From contig MGFH01000246.1 in NCBI GenBank assembly GCA_001791795.1, positions 958-64,957 of the forward strand: a DNA stretch of 64,000 nucleotides, given 5' to 3'. This document shows, one piece after another, positions 17,430 through 27,297 of this stretch (the first letter of the stretch is position 1; every line of letters starts with the position of its first letter). The notes under the pieces are model-generated. The model saw only the letters and a list, made by a program, of their open reading frames with translations, was not told the origin of the DNA and did no database searches. This stretch comes from Candidatus Wallbacteria bacterium GWC2_49_35. GTDB lineage: Bacteria > Muiribacteriota > UBA9980. A program made the translations under genes and the position numbers.

Positions 17430-20400
17430 ATGTACGACGTAAGCAAAACATTCACCAATAAAGTGATCAAAAATAAATTTGCGCCCATGGCTATCGCGCT
17501 GGCGGGAATAATGGCGAGCATGCTGTTTTTTTTCGTCGAGTACAGGGACCGCATAGCCGACCTGGAAAAGGTTTTTGAAAACGACATGAAACGCGCCGCT
17601 CTCCAGTTCGAGCGCAAAGTGGAGCTCAACGAGGCTATATTCAACATCCTCAGGGCCCTTTTTCAGACGCCGGCGGCCGACTACCTCAGCAGCGGCGTCT
17701 ACAGAAAAATTTCTTCGAACATACTCGACAATTCGAATTTCTTCAACTCCATGCTGTGGGTCATAAACCTGAACCCGGGCAAGGTCGTATTCGGAGGCTC
17801 CGAAAGCCTGAGCCGCGGATTTTTCGAGATGGGCACCTCGGAAATCGCGTTCAAAAAGCAGGCGAAAGAAAATAACGCTTTTCTTCTCAAATTCTTCTCG
17901 CCTTCCGATTCAATGAAAGGCTTTTCCATCCGCGAGCTTAAAGAAATTTTAATCTCCAATGAAAAGTTTCTGCGCCATTCTCCGGCCCACAAATACTTCG
18001 CCTTCGTTTCAGAAAAATCCCTGGCCGGGTTGAAATCGCCCGTAATCTACTGCGCGGTGCCGATACTCGAAGGCGATTCCGACGCCCGCCCGCGGGGCGT
18101 AAAAGGCTATATAATCTTCATCAACGGCATCGAAGAGATGATCAAAAGATCTCTGGTCGATTTTCTTTCATCGACGACCAACCTTATAATCTCCGACACG
18201 GCCACCGGCGAAATAATTTACGGAGCGCTGAAAAAAAACCTGCCTCTGTCGCTGACCTATTCCAGGACCATGAACATATTCGGACTCAGCTGGCGATTCG
18301 TCTGGCAGGGCGATTACAAATACGCGGGCGGGGCGCGAACCGGCCTCATATGGGCGCTTTCTATAAGCGGCCTGATGATGACCCTTCTGTTCTCGATAAT
18401 AATCAGGATACTTCAAATCTTCGCCCTGCGCGTCGAAAACGAGGTCAACGTAAGAACTCTCGAGCTTTGCGCCACCAACAACGAACTGGCGACCGAGATC
18501 AAGGAACGTCACCGCGTCGAAGGCGAGCTCCGGCTTTCGAGCGCGAACATATCGAACATACTCGAAAGCATAACTGACGGCTTTCTGGCCATAGACCGCG
18601 ACCTGCGCTTCACCTACGCGAACCCGGCCGCTGAAAAGCTCCTCAGCGAATCGCGCGACGTGCTCATCGGGAAAAAACTTTCCGACATATTCCCCGACAC
18701 GCTCAAACTCGAGTTTTACCGCGAACTCGAAAAAAGCATGAAGCAGTCCGTCAAAAGCGTTTTTACCGAATATTACCCGCCTTTCGGCAAATGGTTCGAG
18801 ATGAATGTCTATCCCTCGCCTGAAGGCATTTCGATATATTTTCAGGACGTGACTCGCCGGAAAACGGCCGAGCTGGAACTTCAGGCGGCCAAAGAATCCG
18901 CGGACATGGCGAACCGCGCGAAAAGCGAGTTCCTCGCCACCATGAGTCATGAGATCAGGACGCCGATGAACGCGATAATAGGTTTTTCCGACATGCTTTA
19001 CGACACCCGGCTCGACGCCGAGCAGCTCGACTACGTCAAAAACATTAAAAGCGGCGGAAGCATTCTGGCCACGCTTATAAGCGACATACTCGATTTTTCG
19101 AAGATAGAGGCCGGCAAACTCGAAATAGAAGCGATAGAGTTCAACCCGCTCGAAATCGCCGACGAGGTCATAAGCATCTCGTTCGCCGCCTCCCGCGAAA
19201 AAGGGCTCAGCCTTGTCAGGCAGTACGATCCTGCGGTCGATTTCAGCGTTATCAGCGACCCGTACAGGCTGCGGCAGATACTGCTCAACCTGGTCGGAAA
19301 CTCTATAAAATTCACTTCGAGCGGCGAAATACGCCTTATAGTAAAACTTGTTTCCCGGACCGGCGATACCGCGGCGATAAAATTCGAGGTCGCCGACCGC
19401 GGCATAGGTATCTCGCCGGACAAAATAGACCTTATTTTTTCGCCGTTCGTGCAGGCCGACGGGACCATAACAAGAAGATACGGCGGAAGCGGCCTCGGGC
19501 TTGCCATTTCAAATAAACTCGTCGCTATGCTCGGCGGCGATAAAATATCGGTGCGGAGCGCGGAAGGCGAAGGAAGCAATTTTTATTTCGAGATCGATTT
19601 TAAAAAAGGCGCCGGATACGAAGAGCACAACGCCGACTCCGCGGAGGCGGAAAACGACGGCGGCGCGCCCGACGAAAAATACAGCATTCTCGTCGTCGAG
19701 GACAATCCCCTTAACGTCAAACTCATACGAAGTTTTTGCGAAAAGAAAGGACACTCGATATCGGTCTGCGAGAACGGCCTTGAGGCGCTCGAGCGCATAA
19801 GCGCCGCCGGGTACGACGCGGTCCTGATGGACGTTCAGATGCCCGTCATGGACGGCCTTGAGGCATCGCGCCGTCTCAGAAAAAAAGGGATTCGCGTACC
19901 AATAATAGCCATGACCGCAGCCGCCACCAAACAGGACGAAGAGGCCTGCCTGAAAGCCGGAATGAACGCGTACATGTCCAAGCCGGTCAGGCTTAAGGAA
20001 CTGGCGCCTCTTCTGGCGAGGATGACAGGCGAGGCCAGAGCGGCGGCGGCCGAAGCCTGCGAGGCGGCGCAGACCTCCGGCGGAGCGGGAAGCTCTCCTG
20101 GCGCGGACGCGACGCATGCCGTTTTTAATTACGCCAACTTAAAGGATAACATGGACGGCGATGAGCACCTTATGTCGGAGATAATAAAAATGTTCCTGGA
20201 GGCCTGGCCGCAGTATTTAGCGGATATCGCCGGCGCGGTGGAAGCGAAGGACGCGGACCGCCTGATGCGATGCTCGCACCGCCTCAAAGGCTCCGCGCTT
20301 AACGCCTGCGCGGACGAAATAGCCTCGGCGCTGCTGGCGCTCGAAATGATGGGAAAAAGAGGCGAGGTCGAAAGCGCGGCGGATGTTTATGATTCCCTCA

Positions 20401-20501
20401 ATGATAAATTCACGCGCTATAATAAAGAAACGGCCGCGGCCGGGCTTCAATTATCAACCGGGACGGACGGACGGAAAAATTCAACTGGAGAAACCCGATG
20501 A
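17430..20501 (+). CDS. Membrane hybrid sensor histidine kinase with periplasmic sensor, PAS, HisKA, HATPase, receiver and Hpt domains (ArcB/BarA-type)
   Basis: Two TM segments flank a ~280-aa extracytoplasmic domain. H-box [10 protein letters not shown]. Receiver ILVVEDNPLN...LMDVQMPVMDG. C-terminal Hpt with HRLKGSALNA. Start uncertain (alternative M at ~17487). Confidence 0.85.
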   Translation: MYDVSKTFTNKVIKNKFAPMAIALAGIMASMLFFFVEYRDRIADLEKVFENDMKRAALQFERKVELNEAIFNILRALFQTPAADYLSSGVYRKISSNILDNSNFFNSMLWVINLNPGKVVFGGSESLSRGFFEMGTSEIAFKKQAKENNAFLLKFFSPSDSMKGFSIRELKEILISNEKFLRHSPAHKYFAFVSEKSLAGLKSPVIYCAVPILEGDSDARPRGVKGYIIFINGIEEMIKRSLVDFLSSTTNLIISDTATGEIIYGALKKNLPLSLTYSRTMNIFGLSWRFVWQGDYKYAGGARTGLIWALSISGLMMTLLFSIIIRILQIFALRVENEVNVRTLELCATNNELATEIKERHRVEGELRLSSANISNILESITDGFLAIDRDLRFTYANPAAEKLLSESRDVLIGKKLSDIFPDTLKLEFYRELEKSMKQSVKSVFTEYYPPFGKWFEMNVYPSPEGISIYFQDVTRRKTAELELQAAKESADMANRAKSEFLATMSHEIRTPMNAIIGFSDMLYDTRLDAEQLDYVKNIKSGGSILATLISDILDFSKIEAGKLEIEAIEFNPLEIADEVISISFAASREKGLSLVRQYDPAVDFSVISDPYRLRQILLNLVGNSIKFTSSGEIRLIVKLVSRTGDTAAIKFEVADRGIGISPDKIDLIFSPFVQADGTITRRYGGSGLGLAISNKLVAMLGGDKISVRSAEGEGSNFYFEIDFKKGAGYEEHNADSAEAENDGGAPDEKYSILVVEDNPLNVKLIRSFCEKKGHSISVCENGLEALERISAAGYDAVLMDVQMPVMDGLEASRRLRKKGIRVPIIAMTAAATKQDEEACLKAGMNAYMSKPVRLKELAPLLARMTGEARAAAAEACEAAQTSGGAGSSPGADATHAVFNYANLKDNMDGDEHLMSEIIKMFLEAWPQYLADIAGAVEAKDADRLMRCSHRLKGSALNACADEIASALLALEMMGKRGEVESAADVYDSLNDKFTRYNKETAAAGLQLSTGTDGRKNSTGETR

Positions 20502-23500
20502 GCGAAAAATCTTTAAAACTGCTGCTGGTGGAGGACAATCCTCTTGACGCGCGCGCGTTCAACCTTATGCTCACGCACGCCAAATCTATCTTCACCTTTG
20601 ATATCAGCGAAGCTGATTCGCTGGAATCAGCCATAGCGCTGGTTAAACAAAAAAAATTCGACGTGATCCTGCTCGACCTTTCGCTTCCGGACGAAACCGG
20701 ACTGGAAACGCTCGCCAGGCTTCGCGCACACACAAAAGAAATTCCTATAATCGTGCTGACGGGTATCGACGACGAACTTATCGGGATAAACGCCGTCAAA
20801 GCGGGGGCGCAGAATTATCTGGTAAAAGGACAGGTCAACAACAAATTCCTGGTCCGCTCCATCTGCTACGCCGCCGAAAGGCATTACATATCCAACGAGA
20901 TCGAGAAAAAACTGCACAGGGAACTCGAGCTCAGCGAAGAACGCTTCCAAAATATCTACGAGCTCTCGCCCATAATGATGTTTTCGTTCGACGCCGACGG
21001 AAATTTCTGCGACGTCAACAAAAAATGGCTCGAAGAGACCGGTTACTGCCGTGAAGAGGTAATGGGAAAACGCTTCGACTTTCTGATACCGCCGCAGCAC
21101 AAAAGGCTCACTTCCGCTGAAGTTTCACCGCACTTTCTGAGTTCGGGCCAGATCAAGGACTACTTCTGCCAGTATGTAAAAAAAGACGGCAGCCTGATCG
21201 AGGTGCTCATAAACTGCGTCCTTACGGTCGAACCATTCGGCAAAACACTCGGGCTTGCGGCCGTGCAGAATATTTCCGAACAGTGCCGGATGGAAATAGA
21301 GGTTCTCGACGCCCACGAAAGGCTCGAAAAACGCGTCCGCGAAAGGACCGAAGACCTGGCGCGCGCCAACGAAGAGCTTCACCGCGAGATAGCCGAGCGC
21401 AAGCGCGCCGAAGACGAACTTAAGCAGGCCAAAGAATACGCCGAACTTATCTATCAGGTAACGCCCAGCGCCATTTTCACGGTCGACAAGAACTGCACCA
21501 TTACCAGCTGGAACGACCGGGCCGCCGAACTGACCGGCTACAGCCCGAAAGAAGCGATCGGCAAAAAATGCTTCATAATATGCCGCGAAAAATGCTCGAC
21601 CTTCACCGAAAAAGAACTTAACGCCATGGAGCGCGCGAAGGCCTCCGAAAGCATAATCCTGAACAAGGACGGCTCGCTTAAAACGATACTCAAAAACCGC
21701 GGCGTGCTGAAAGACAACACCGGAAACTACATAGGCTTCATCGAAAGTTTCGACGACATCACGGAACGCAAGCAAAACGAAGATCAGCTCCGGAAACTTT
21801 CCTACGCGATCGAGCAGAGCCCGGTTTCGGTCGTAATAACCAACATACAAGGAGACATCGAATACGTCAATCCGAAGTTCTGCCAAACGACGGGTTACGC
21901 GCCGGAAGAGGTCATCGGAAAAAATCCGCGCGTGCTCAAGTCCGGCCAGGTGCCGGTCGAAACCTACAAGCAGCTCTGGAACGCCATTATCTCAGGGCGC
22001 GAATGGCACGGCGAACTTCATAACCGCAAGAAAAACGGCGAGCTTTACTGGGAATTCGCGTCCATATCGCCCATAAAGAACAGGCACGGCATGGTAACGC
22101 ATTTTCTGGCGGTAAAAGAGGACATAACAGAGCGCAAAAAAGCCGAATTCGAGCTGCAGTACGCTAAAATACAGGCCGACTACGCCAACATCGCCAAAAG
22201 CGAATTTCTGGCCAATATAAGCCACGAGATAAGAACGCCGCTCAACGGCGTGATAGGCTTCACCGACATATTGCTTTCGACGCATCTGAGCGAAGACCAG
22301 CTCGACTACGTCAAGACGATCAAAAGCAGCAGCATGATATTGCTCAAGCTGATCAACGACATACTCGACTTCTCGAAGATCGAGGCCGGAAAACTCGAAC
22401 TCGAGGAAATAGAATTCGACCTCGAACTCGTCTGCTACGAAGTGTGCGAGATGATAAGTTTCATCGTCATAAACAAGCCCATAGAAATTATCTGCGATAT
22501 CGACGACTGTCGCGCGACTTTCTATAAAGGCGACATAATAAAATTAAAGCAGATACTCATCAACCTTCTGGGCAACTCCTCCAAATTCACCGAAAATGGC
22601 GAAATTGCCCTCGCGGTGAGCAGCATAGGCGAAACCGGCGACAAGGCAAACCTTCACTTCAGCATAAAAGACACCGGAATAGGCATAAACGAGGACAAAC
22701 TCGACATAATCTTCGAAACCTTCAAGCAGGTTGACGGCTCGATAACCAGAAGATACGGCGGCAGCGGCCTCGGACTTTCGATATGCAAAAAACTCGTGAA
22801 TTTCATGAACGGGGAGATATGGGTTGAAAGCGCCCCGGGCGAAGGAAGCGTTTTTCATTTCACGCTGTGGCTTAAAAAAGCGGATAATACTCGCGCCGGA
22901 GAAGACCCGGCGGACGAAGCGCTGAAGAATAAAAAAGCGCTTATAATTGACGATAATCAATCGAACATATACATCCTTACGCGCGCGTTAAAAACCGCCG
23001 GCATGCGTGCCGAGGGCATACTCGACGGAGAAAAGGCCTTAGATAAACTCGAATCGGCTTCCAACTCCAGCGAAGGGTTCGACATAGTGGTCCTCGACAT
23101 ACAGATGCCCGGAACCGACGGTTATAAAACGGCCCTTAACATAAGGAACAGCGAAGATCCGGCGGTTCGTGAAATTCCGATAGTCGCTTTTTCGACGCTG
23201 TTCGACAAGAACGTCAAAAAGTTCATCGAGTCGGGATTTAACGGTTTTCTACCCAAACCCATCAGGCGACAGAAGACCATAGATACGATAGCGAAGGTTT
23301 TGAAAGAAAAAGCGGCGAGCGACGGAAGCAGGTCCGCCGCCCCGGACCGGGCAACAGAAACCGGCGGAAAGCCCGGCGCGGCTTACGCGGATATGCGTTA
23401 TCCGCTGAAGGTCATGCTGGTCGAAGACCATCCCGTGAATCAGAAACTGGTCAAGATAATCCTTTCCGCCGCCGGTTATTCCGTCGATGTCGCCGAAAAC

Positions 23501-23911
23501 GGAGAACAGGCGGTCGCGCTCTTTAAACAATCGATGGAAGACGAAAAATACAATATTATTTTCATGGACGTGCAGATGCCAGTGATGGACGGCCTCACCG
23601 CTACTCAAAAAATCAGGGAGCTCGAAGCGGATCATTTTAAAAAACAGCACGAAGAAATAATAATGCACATCGACTCCGAAACCATCATAAGCAAAAAAGA
23701 AAGGGAGATGCTCTTCAACAACATAAACGACAGGCCGACTCCGATAATAGCTATGACGGCCAACGTCATCAAAGGCGACCGCAACGTCTGCCTGAATTCA
23801 GGCATGAACGATTACATCGCCAAACCGATAAAGAAAGAGGCCGTAATAGAGATGGTCAAAAAATGGGTAATGAACGAAGAAAATCTGGCGGAACTATCCG
23901 CGGGCGAATAA
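20498..23911 (+). CDS. Hybrid histidine kinase: N-terminal receiver, three or more PAS domains, HisKA, HATPase, two C-terminal receivers
   Basis: ATGA overlap with the upstream kinase. N-terminal receiver (KLLLVEDNPLD...VILLDLSLPDETG). H-box ISHEIRTPLN. ATPase GGSGLGL. Receivers (LIIDDNQSN...VVLDIQMPGTDG and VMLVEDHPVN...FMDVQMPVMDG). Confidence 0.85.
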   Translation: MSEKSLKLLLVEDNPLDARAFNLMLTHAKSIFTFDISEADSLESAIALVKQKKFDVILLDLSLPDETGLETLARLRAHTKEIPIIVLTGIDDELIGINAVKAGAQNYLVKGQVNNKFLVRSICYAAERHYISNEIEKKLHRELELSEERFQNIYELSPIMMFSFDADGNFCDVNKKWLEETGYCREEVMGKRFDFLIPPQHKRLTSAEVSPHFLSSGQIKDYFCQYVKKDGSLIEVLINCVLTVEPFGKTLGLAAVQNISEQCRMEIEVLDAHERLEKRVRERTEDLARANEELHREIAERKRAEDELKQAKEYAELIYQVTPSAIFTVDKNCTITSWNDRAAELTGYSPKEAIGKKCFIICREKCSTFTEKELNAMERAKASESIILNKDGSLKTILKNRGVLKDNTGNYIGFIESFDDITERKQNEDQLRKLSYAIEQSPVSVVITNIQGDIEYVNPKFCQTTGYAPEEVIGKNPRVLKSGQVPVETYKQLWNAIISGREWHGELHNRKKNGELYWEFASISPIKNRHGMVTHFLAVKEDITERKKAEFELQYAKIQADYANIAKSEFLANISHEIRTPLNGVIGFTDILLSTHLSEDQLDYVKTIKSSSMILLKLINDILDFSKIEAGKLELEEIEFDLELVCYEVCEMISFIVINKPIEIICDIDDCRATFYKGDIIKLKQILINLLGNSSKFTENGEIALAVSSIGETGDKANLHFSIKDTGIGINEDKLDIIFETFKQVDGSITRRYGGSGLGLSICKKLVNFMNGEIWVESAPGEGSVFHFTLWLKKADNTRAGEDPADEALKNKKALIIDDNQSNIYILTRALKTAGMRAEGILDGEKALDKLESASNSSEGFDIVVLDIQMPGTDGYKTALNIRNSEDPAVREIPIVAFSTLFDKNVKKFIESGFNGFLPKPIRRQKTIDTIAKVLKEKAASDGSRSAAPDRATETGGKPGAAYADMRYPLKVMLVEDHPVNQKLVKIILSAAGYSVDVAENGEQAVALFKQSMEDEKYNIIFMDVQMPVMDGLTATQKIRELEADHFKKQHEEIIMHIDSETIISKKEREMLFNNINDRPTPIIAMTANVIKGDRNVCLNSGMNDYIAKPIKKEAVIEMVKKWVMNEENLAELSAGE

Positions 23912-23926
23912 AGAACGGAGTGAAAA

Positions 23927-24259
23927 ATGGATTTTAAACATCTGGCTAATGAACTGGGAGTGGGCGAGGATATATTCATAGAACTGGTCGACTCGTGGAT
24001 AAACTCCACCGGCGAAGATATCGTTACGCTCGAATCGGTCAGAGACGCTTCCGACATCAATAAGGCCGTCGATTACGCTCACAAGATCAAAGGCGCTTCT
24101 TTCCAGCTCGGGTTCAACGAGATTGCCGAGGTCGCAAAAAGCGTCGAGATCAGGGCCCGATCGGGAAGCATTGAAGGACTTGCCGCGGCGCTCGGCGAAC
24201 TCCGAACGAAACGCGTCGAGATAATGGAATTCAGAAAGAATTTTCCGACCCACGCATGA
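23927..24259 (+). CDS. Stand-alone histidine phosphotransfer (Hpt) protein
   Basis: 110-aa ORF with the Hpt signature HKIKGASFQLG. GGAGTG Shine-Dalgarno upstream. Confidence 0.75.
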   Translation: MDFKHLANELGVGEDIFIELVDSWINSTGEDIVTLESVRDASDINKAVDYAHKIKGASFQLGFNEIAEVAKSVEIRARSGSIEGLAAALGELRTKRVEIMEFRKNFPTHA

Positions 24260-24354
24260 CGGTTTTATGACGTGGCATTAAACGAAAATCGGGCCGTCCG
24301 CGTATAAACTAATACTTGATTCAGCAAAAAAAATAATTTGAAAAGGTGATTGAA

Positions 24355-24723
24355 ATGTCAAAAAAAGTGTTCGTCTGCGAAGACGAATCGGCCATCGCTA
24401 AATTGATCAAACTCAGGCTCGGCGCCGACGGGATCAAAGACGTGACCATCTTCGATAACGGTGAAAAACTTCTCGCTCATTTTAATACGGAGCTTCCGGA
24501 CCTTCTGCTCCTCGACGTCATGATACCCGGCGTCGACGGAATAACTGTCCTAAAAACGATAAAAGGCGACGAGAGGACCAGGGGCGTAAAGGTCGTCATG
24601 CTTACCGCTCTGAGCAAGGAAGCCGACATCGTAAAATGCCTCGATATGGGAGCGGACGACTACATCACAAAACCGTTCTCACCGGCCGAACTGGCGAGCC
24701 GCGTAAAAAAAATACTAAGATGA
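24355..24723 (+). CDS. Single-domain CheY-like response regulator
   Basis: Track GTG start 24346 trimmed to ATG 24355 (AAAAGGTG Shine-Dalgarno 6 nt upstream). Receiver motifs: VFVCEDE, LLLLDVMIPGVDG, MLTA, DDYITKPF. Confidence 0.8.
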   Translation: MSKKVFVCEDESAIAKLIKLRLGADGIKDVTIFDNGEKLLAHFNTELPDLLLLDVMIPGVDGITVLKTIKGDERTRGVKVVMLTALSKEADIVKCLDMGADDYITKPFSPAELASRVKKILR

Positions 24724-24724
24724 T

Positions 24725-25837
24725 ATGTTCGACAGTTTTGATCTGATTATTTTTTTAATAATAGTGAACATAGGCTTCGCTATGCTTATAACCGCTTTGT
24801 TCTGCTATATCATAGCCGGCAAGGTGCTTTCAGGTTACCGCGAAGCGCGCAAAAATAAATTATATCAAAACCTTGAAGACGCCTTTCTGGTTATGATGGT
24901 CGAAAACGACCCGGCGCCCATAAAGAAAATACTCGATTCGATCCGTTCGCGCGACCTTGAAAGTTTCATCGAATTCGTCTCGGTCTATCTTACCAATTTA
25001 AAAGGCGACGACTTCGACAAGATCGTCGACGTTATCTACCGGAGCCACCTTTTCAAATATCTGTGCGATTCGACGGTATCTAGCGACATCGACCTGAAAC
25101 TTTACTCGATCTACTGCCTGGGGCTCATCAAAAAACCGGCCGGCATTGACAATCTGCTTGCCGCGCTCGACGACCCCAACATATTCGTAAGAATGGCGGC
25201 CGTGGCTTCCATAGCGCAGACCGGATGCCTGGAAGCGCTCGAGCGGGTCCTGGAATCGCTTTCGAAGGAAAAACTGGTCACCAGTTATAAACTGTCAGAA
25301 ATGCTCTGGTTTTTCGGCGAAGAAATATGTCCTCCGCTGCTGGCCGAATTAAAAAAGCGCGACGAAAAAATAATCAAGATCGACGAAGAAGACCTTCTGA
25401 CCGCGGCGGTTATCGACATGCTCGGCCATTATAAATATTTCGAGGCGGCCGAAGAGATCCATTCGATCCTTAAAGAAACGCGTCGAAACACGATCATAAA
25501 AAGCTGCGTAGATTCGCTCGGGAAAATGGTCTACAGCGACGCGGCCGACGATATAATTCGAAACCTCGACTCGCCGGATTCCGAGGTCCGGGTAAGCGCG
25601 GTAAAAGCGGTCCTGGAACTGCGGGCGGACGATCAGACCGGAAAACTGAAACAAATGCTGAACGACCTGGACTGGAACGTCCGCTACAACGCTGCGCTTG
25701 CGCTTCATGAAATGAATTTCGACTTCCCGAGTTATATGTTCAGTCCCGAGCTGGCAGGCCAGGAGCTTTCCCGCGCGTTCCGCACGATCGTCCACGTTCT
25801 GACGGAAAAGAGCGCGGCCATGCAGGAAAATAATTAG
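24725..25837 (+). CDS. Membrane-anchored HEAT/PBS-lyase-repeat protein
   Basis: N-terminal TM (LIIFLIIVNIGFAMLITALFCYIIAG). Repeated HEAT-like units (DPNIFVRMAAVASIAQTG, DSPDSEVRVSAVKAVLEL, DLDWNVRYNAALALHEM). Starts 1 nt after the response-regulator stop. Confidence 0.65.
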   Translation: MFDSFDLIIFLIIVNIGFAMLITALFCYIIAGKVLSGYREARKNKLYQNLEDAFLVMMVENDPAPIKKILDSIRSRDLESFIEFVSVYLTNLKGDDFDKIVDVIYRSHLFKYLCDSTVSSDIDLKLYSIYCLGLIKKPAGIDNLLAALDDPNIFVRMAAVASIAQTGCLEALERVLESLSKEKLVTSYKLSEMLWFFGEEICPPLLAELKKRDEKIIKIDEEDLLTAAVIDMLGHYKYFEAAEEIHSILKETRRNTIIKSCVDSLGKMVYSDAADDIIRNLDSPDSEVRVSAVKAVLELRADDQTGKLKQMLNDLDWNVRYNAALALHEMNFDFPSYMFSPELAGQELSRAFRTIVHVLTEKSAAMQENN

Positions 25838-25849
25838 AAAGCGGTTTAA

Positions 25850-27265
25850 ATGGATAAAACGCAGATATTAATCAGTATACTATATTTTTACAACTACCTG
25901 GTGGTATTTTACTTCATAGGCATCAACCTTATTTACATCCTGCTCAATTTTCTTTCTTTCTTCGAGATCAGAAAATACGCGCGGGAAAATAAGGTCATGA
26001 ACGCAGGCATTATTTTCAGGTCTAATTTTTATATGCCGGTCTCTATACTCGTGCCGGCGTATAACGAAAGCCGCAATATCGTCGACAGCGTCAAATCGAT
26101 GCTTCAGCTGCACTATCCAGAGTTCGAAATTATAGTCATTAACGACGGTTCGAAGGACAACACCGCAGACGTTTTAAAGGCGGCCTACAAAATGACCGAG
26201 GTCTCGCTCGAACCTTCCAGCGGGCTTGCCTCTAAAATCGTCCACGGCACTTATATATCCAGGACGCACCGAAACCTCATACTCATCGACAAGCAGAACG
26301 GCGGAAAGGCAGACGCTCTCAACGCGGGAGTCAACTATTCCCATTATCCTTTATTCTGCGCTCTCGACGCCGATTCGGTTCTCGACAACGAAAGCATATT
26401 GAAAATGTCGCGCACATTCATTGAAAATCCCGACCTGATAGCCGCGGGCGGGATCATACGCGTCATCAACGGCTGCAGGATCGAGGCCGGCGAGGTCGTT
26501 TCAATAGATCTGCCCTCGAGTTCGCTCGCCTGCTTTCAGATAGTCGAATATTTAAGGGGATTTTTATTTGGGCGCACCGGCTGGAGCGCCATGGACGCGA
26601 TGCTTATTATATCGGGCGCATTCGGCATCTTCAAAAAGAAAGAGGTCGTCGACGTCGGCGGGTACCGCTCAGACACCGTCGGCGAAGACATGGAACTCGT
26701 CATCCGGCTCTACAACAAATACAGGCCGGAAAATAAAATGAAGATAAAATTCGTGCCCGATCCCGTTTGCTACACGGAGGTCCCCGAAAGCCTTTCGGTG
26801 CTTTCGAAGCAGCGCAATCGCTGGCAGAGGGGATTGATCGACAGCCTGATTTTAAATTTCAATATGTTCATGAACCCGCGCTACGGAACGGTCGGACTGG
26901 TCGCCATGCCGTTTTTCGTCATCTTCGAAATGCTCGGTCCGATAATAGAATTCACGGGTTACATAGTTTTCGCGTTCTCCTTCTTCATGGGAATAATCGG
27001 TTATAAGTTCTGCCTGCTGTTCACTATGGCTTCCATCACACTGGGCATCATACTGTCCGTCAGCTCGATACTTCTCGAGGAACTGACGTTCCGCAAATAT
27101 ACTAAAGTTTCACACACCCTGTGGCTGTTTTTTTACTCCATAATCGAAAACTTCGGATACAAACAGATGAACACGTATTTCCGGTTCAGGGGGACCATAG
27201 ATTATCTTCTCGGAAGCAAGCACTGGGGCGAAATGACCCGTATGGGCTTCAAAAAAGACAAGTAA
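25850..27265 (+). CDS. Processive family-2 glycosyltransferase (PgaC/IcaA/BcsA-like polysaccharide synthase)
   Basis: Membrane GT2 with D, DxD, ED and QxxRW signature (VINDGSKDNT, LDADSVLD, GEDMEL, QRNRWQRG). TM helices at both ends. Confidence 0.8.
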   Translation: MDKTQILISILYFYNYLVVFYFIGINLIYILLNFLSFFEIRKYARENKVMNAGIIFRSNFYMPVSILVPAYNESRNIVDSVKSMLQLHYPEFEIIVINDGSKDNTADVLKAAYKMTEVSLEPSSGLASKIVHGTYISRTHRNLILIDKQNGGKADALNAGVNYSHYPLFCALDADSVLDNESILKMSRTFIENPDLIAAGGIIRVINGCRIEAGEVVSIDLPSSSLACFQIVEYLRGFLFGRTGWSAMDAMLIISGAFGIFKKKEVVDVGGYRSDTVGEDMELVIRLYNKYRPENKMKIKFVPDPVCYTEVPESLSVLSKQRNRWQRGLIDSLILNFNMFMNPRYGTVGLVAMPFFVIFEMLGPIIEFTGYIVFAFSFFMGIIGYKFCLLFTMASITLGIILSVSSILLEELTFRKYTKVSHTLWLFFYSIIENFGYKQMNTYFRFRGTIDYLLGSKHWGEMTRMGFKKDK

Positions 27266-27297
27266 TTATGAATTATGAATTAAAAACGAGGTGAATC

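Noticed and set aside
15651-21886. Minus-strand ORFs 15651..16370, 18168..18950 and 21125..21886 inside the kinase genes
   Set aside because: Antisense shadows of the hybrid kinase genes, which carry complete H-box/ATPase/receiver motifs.
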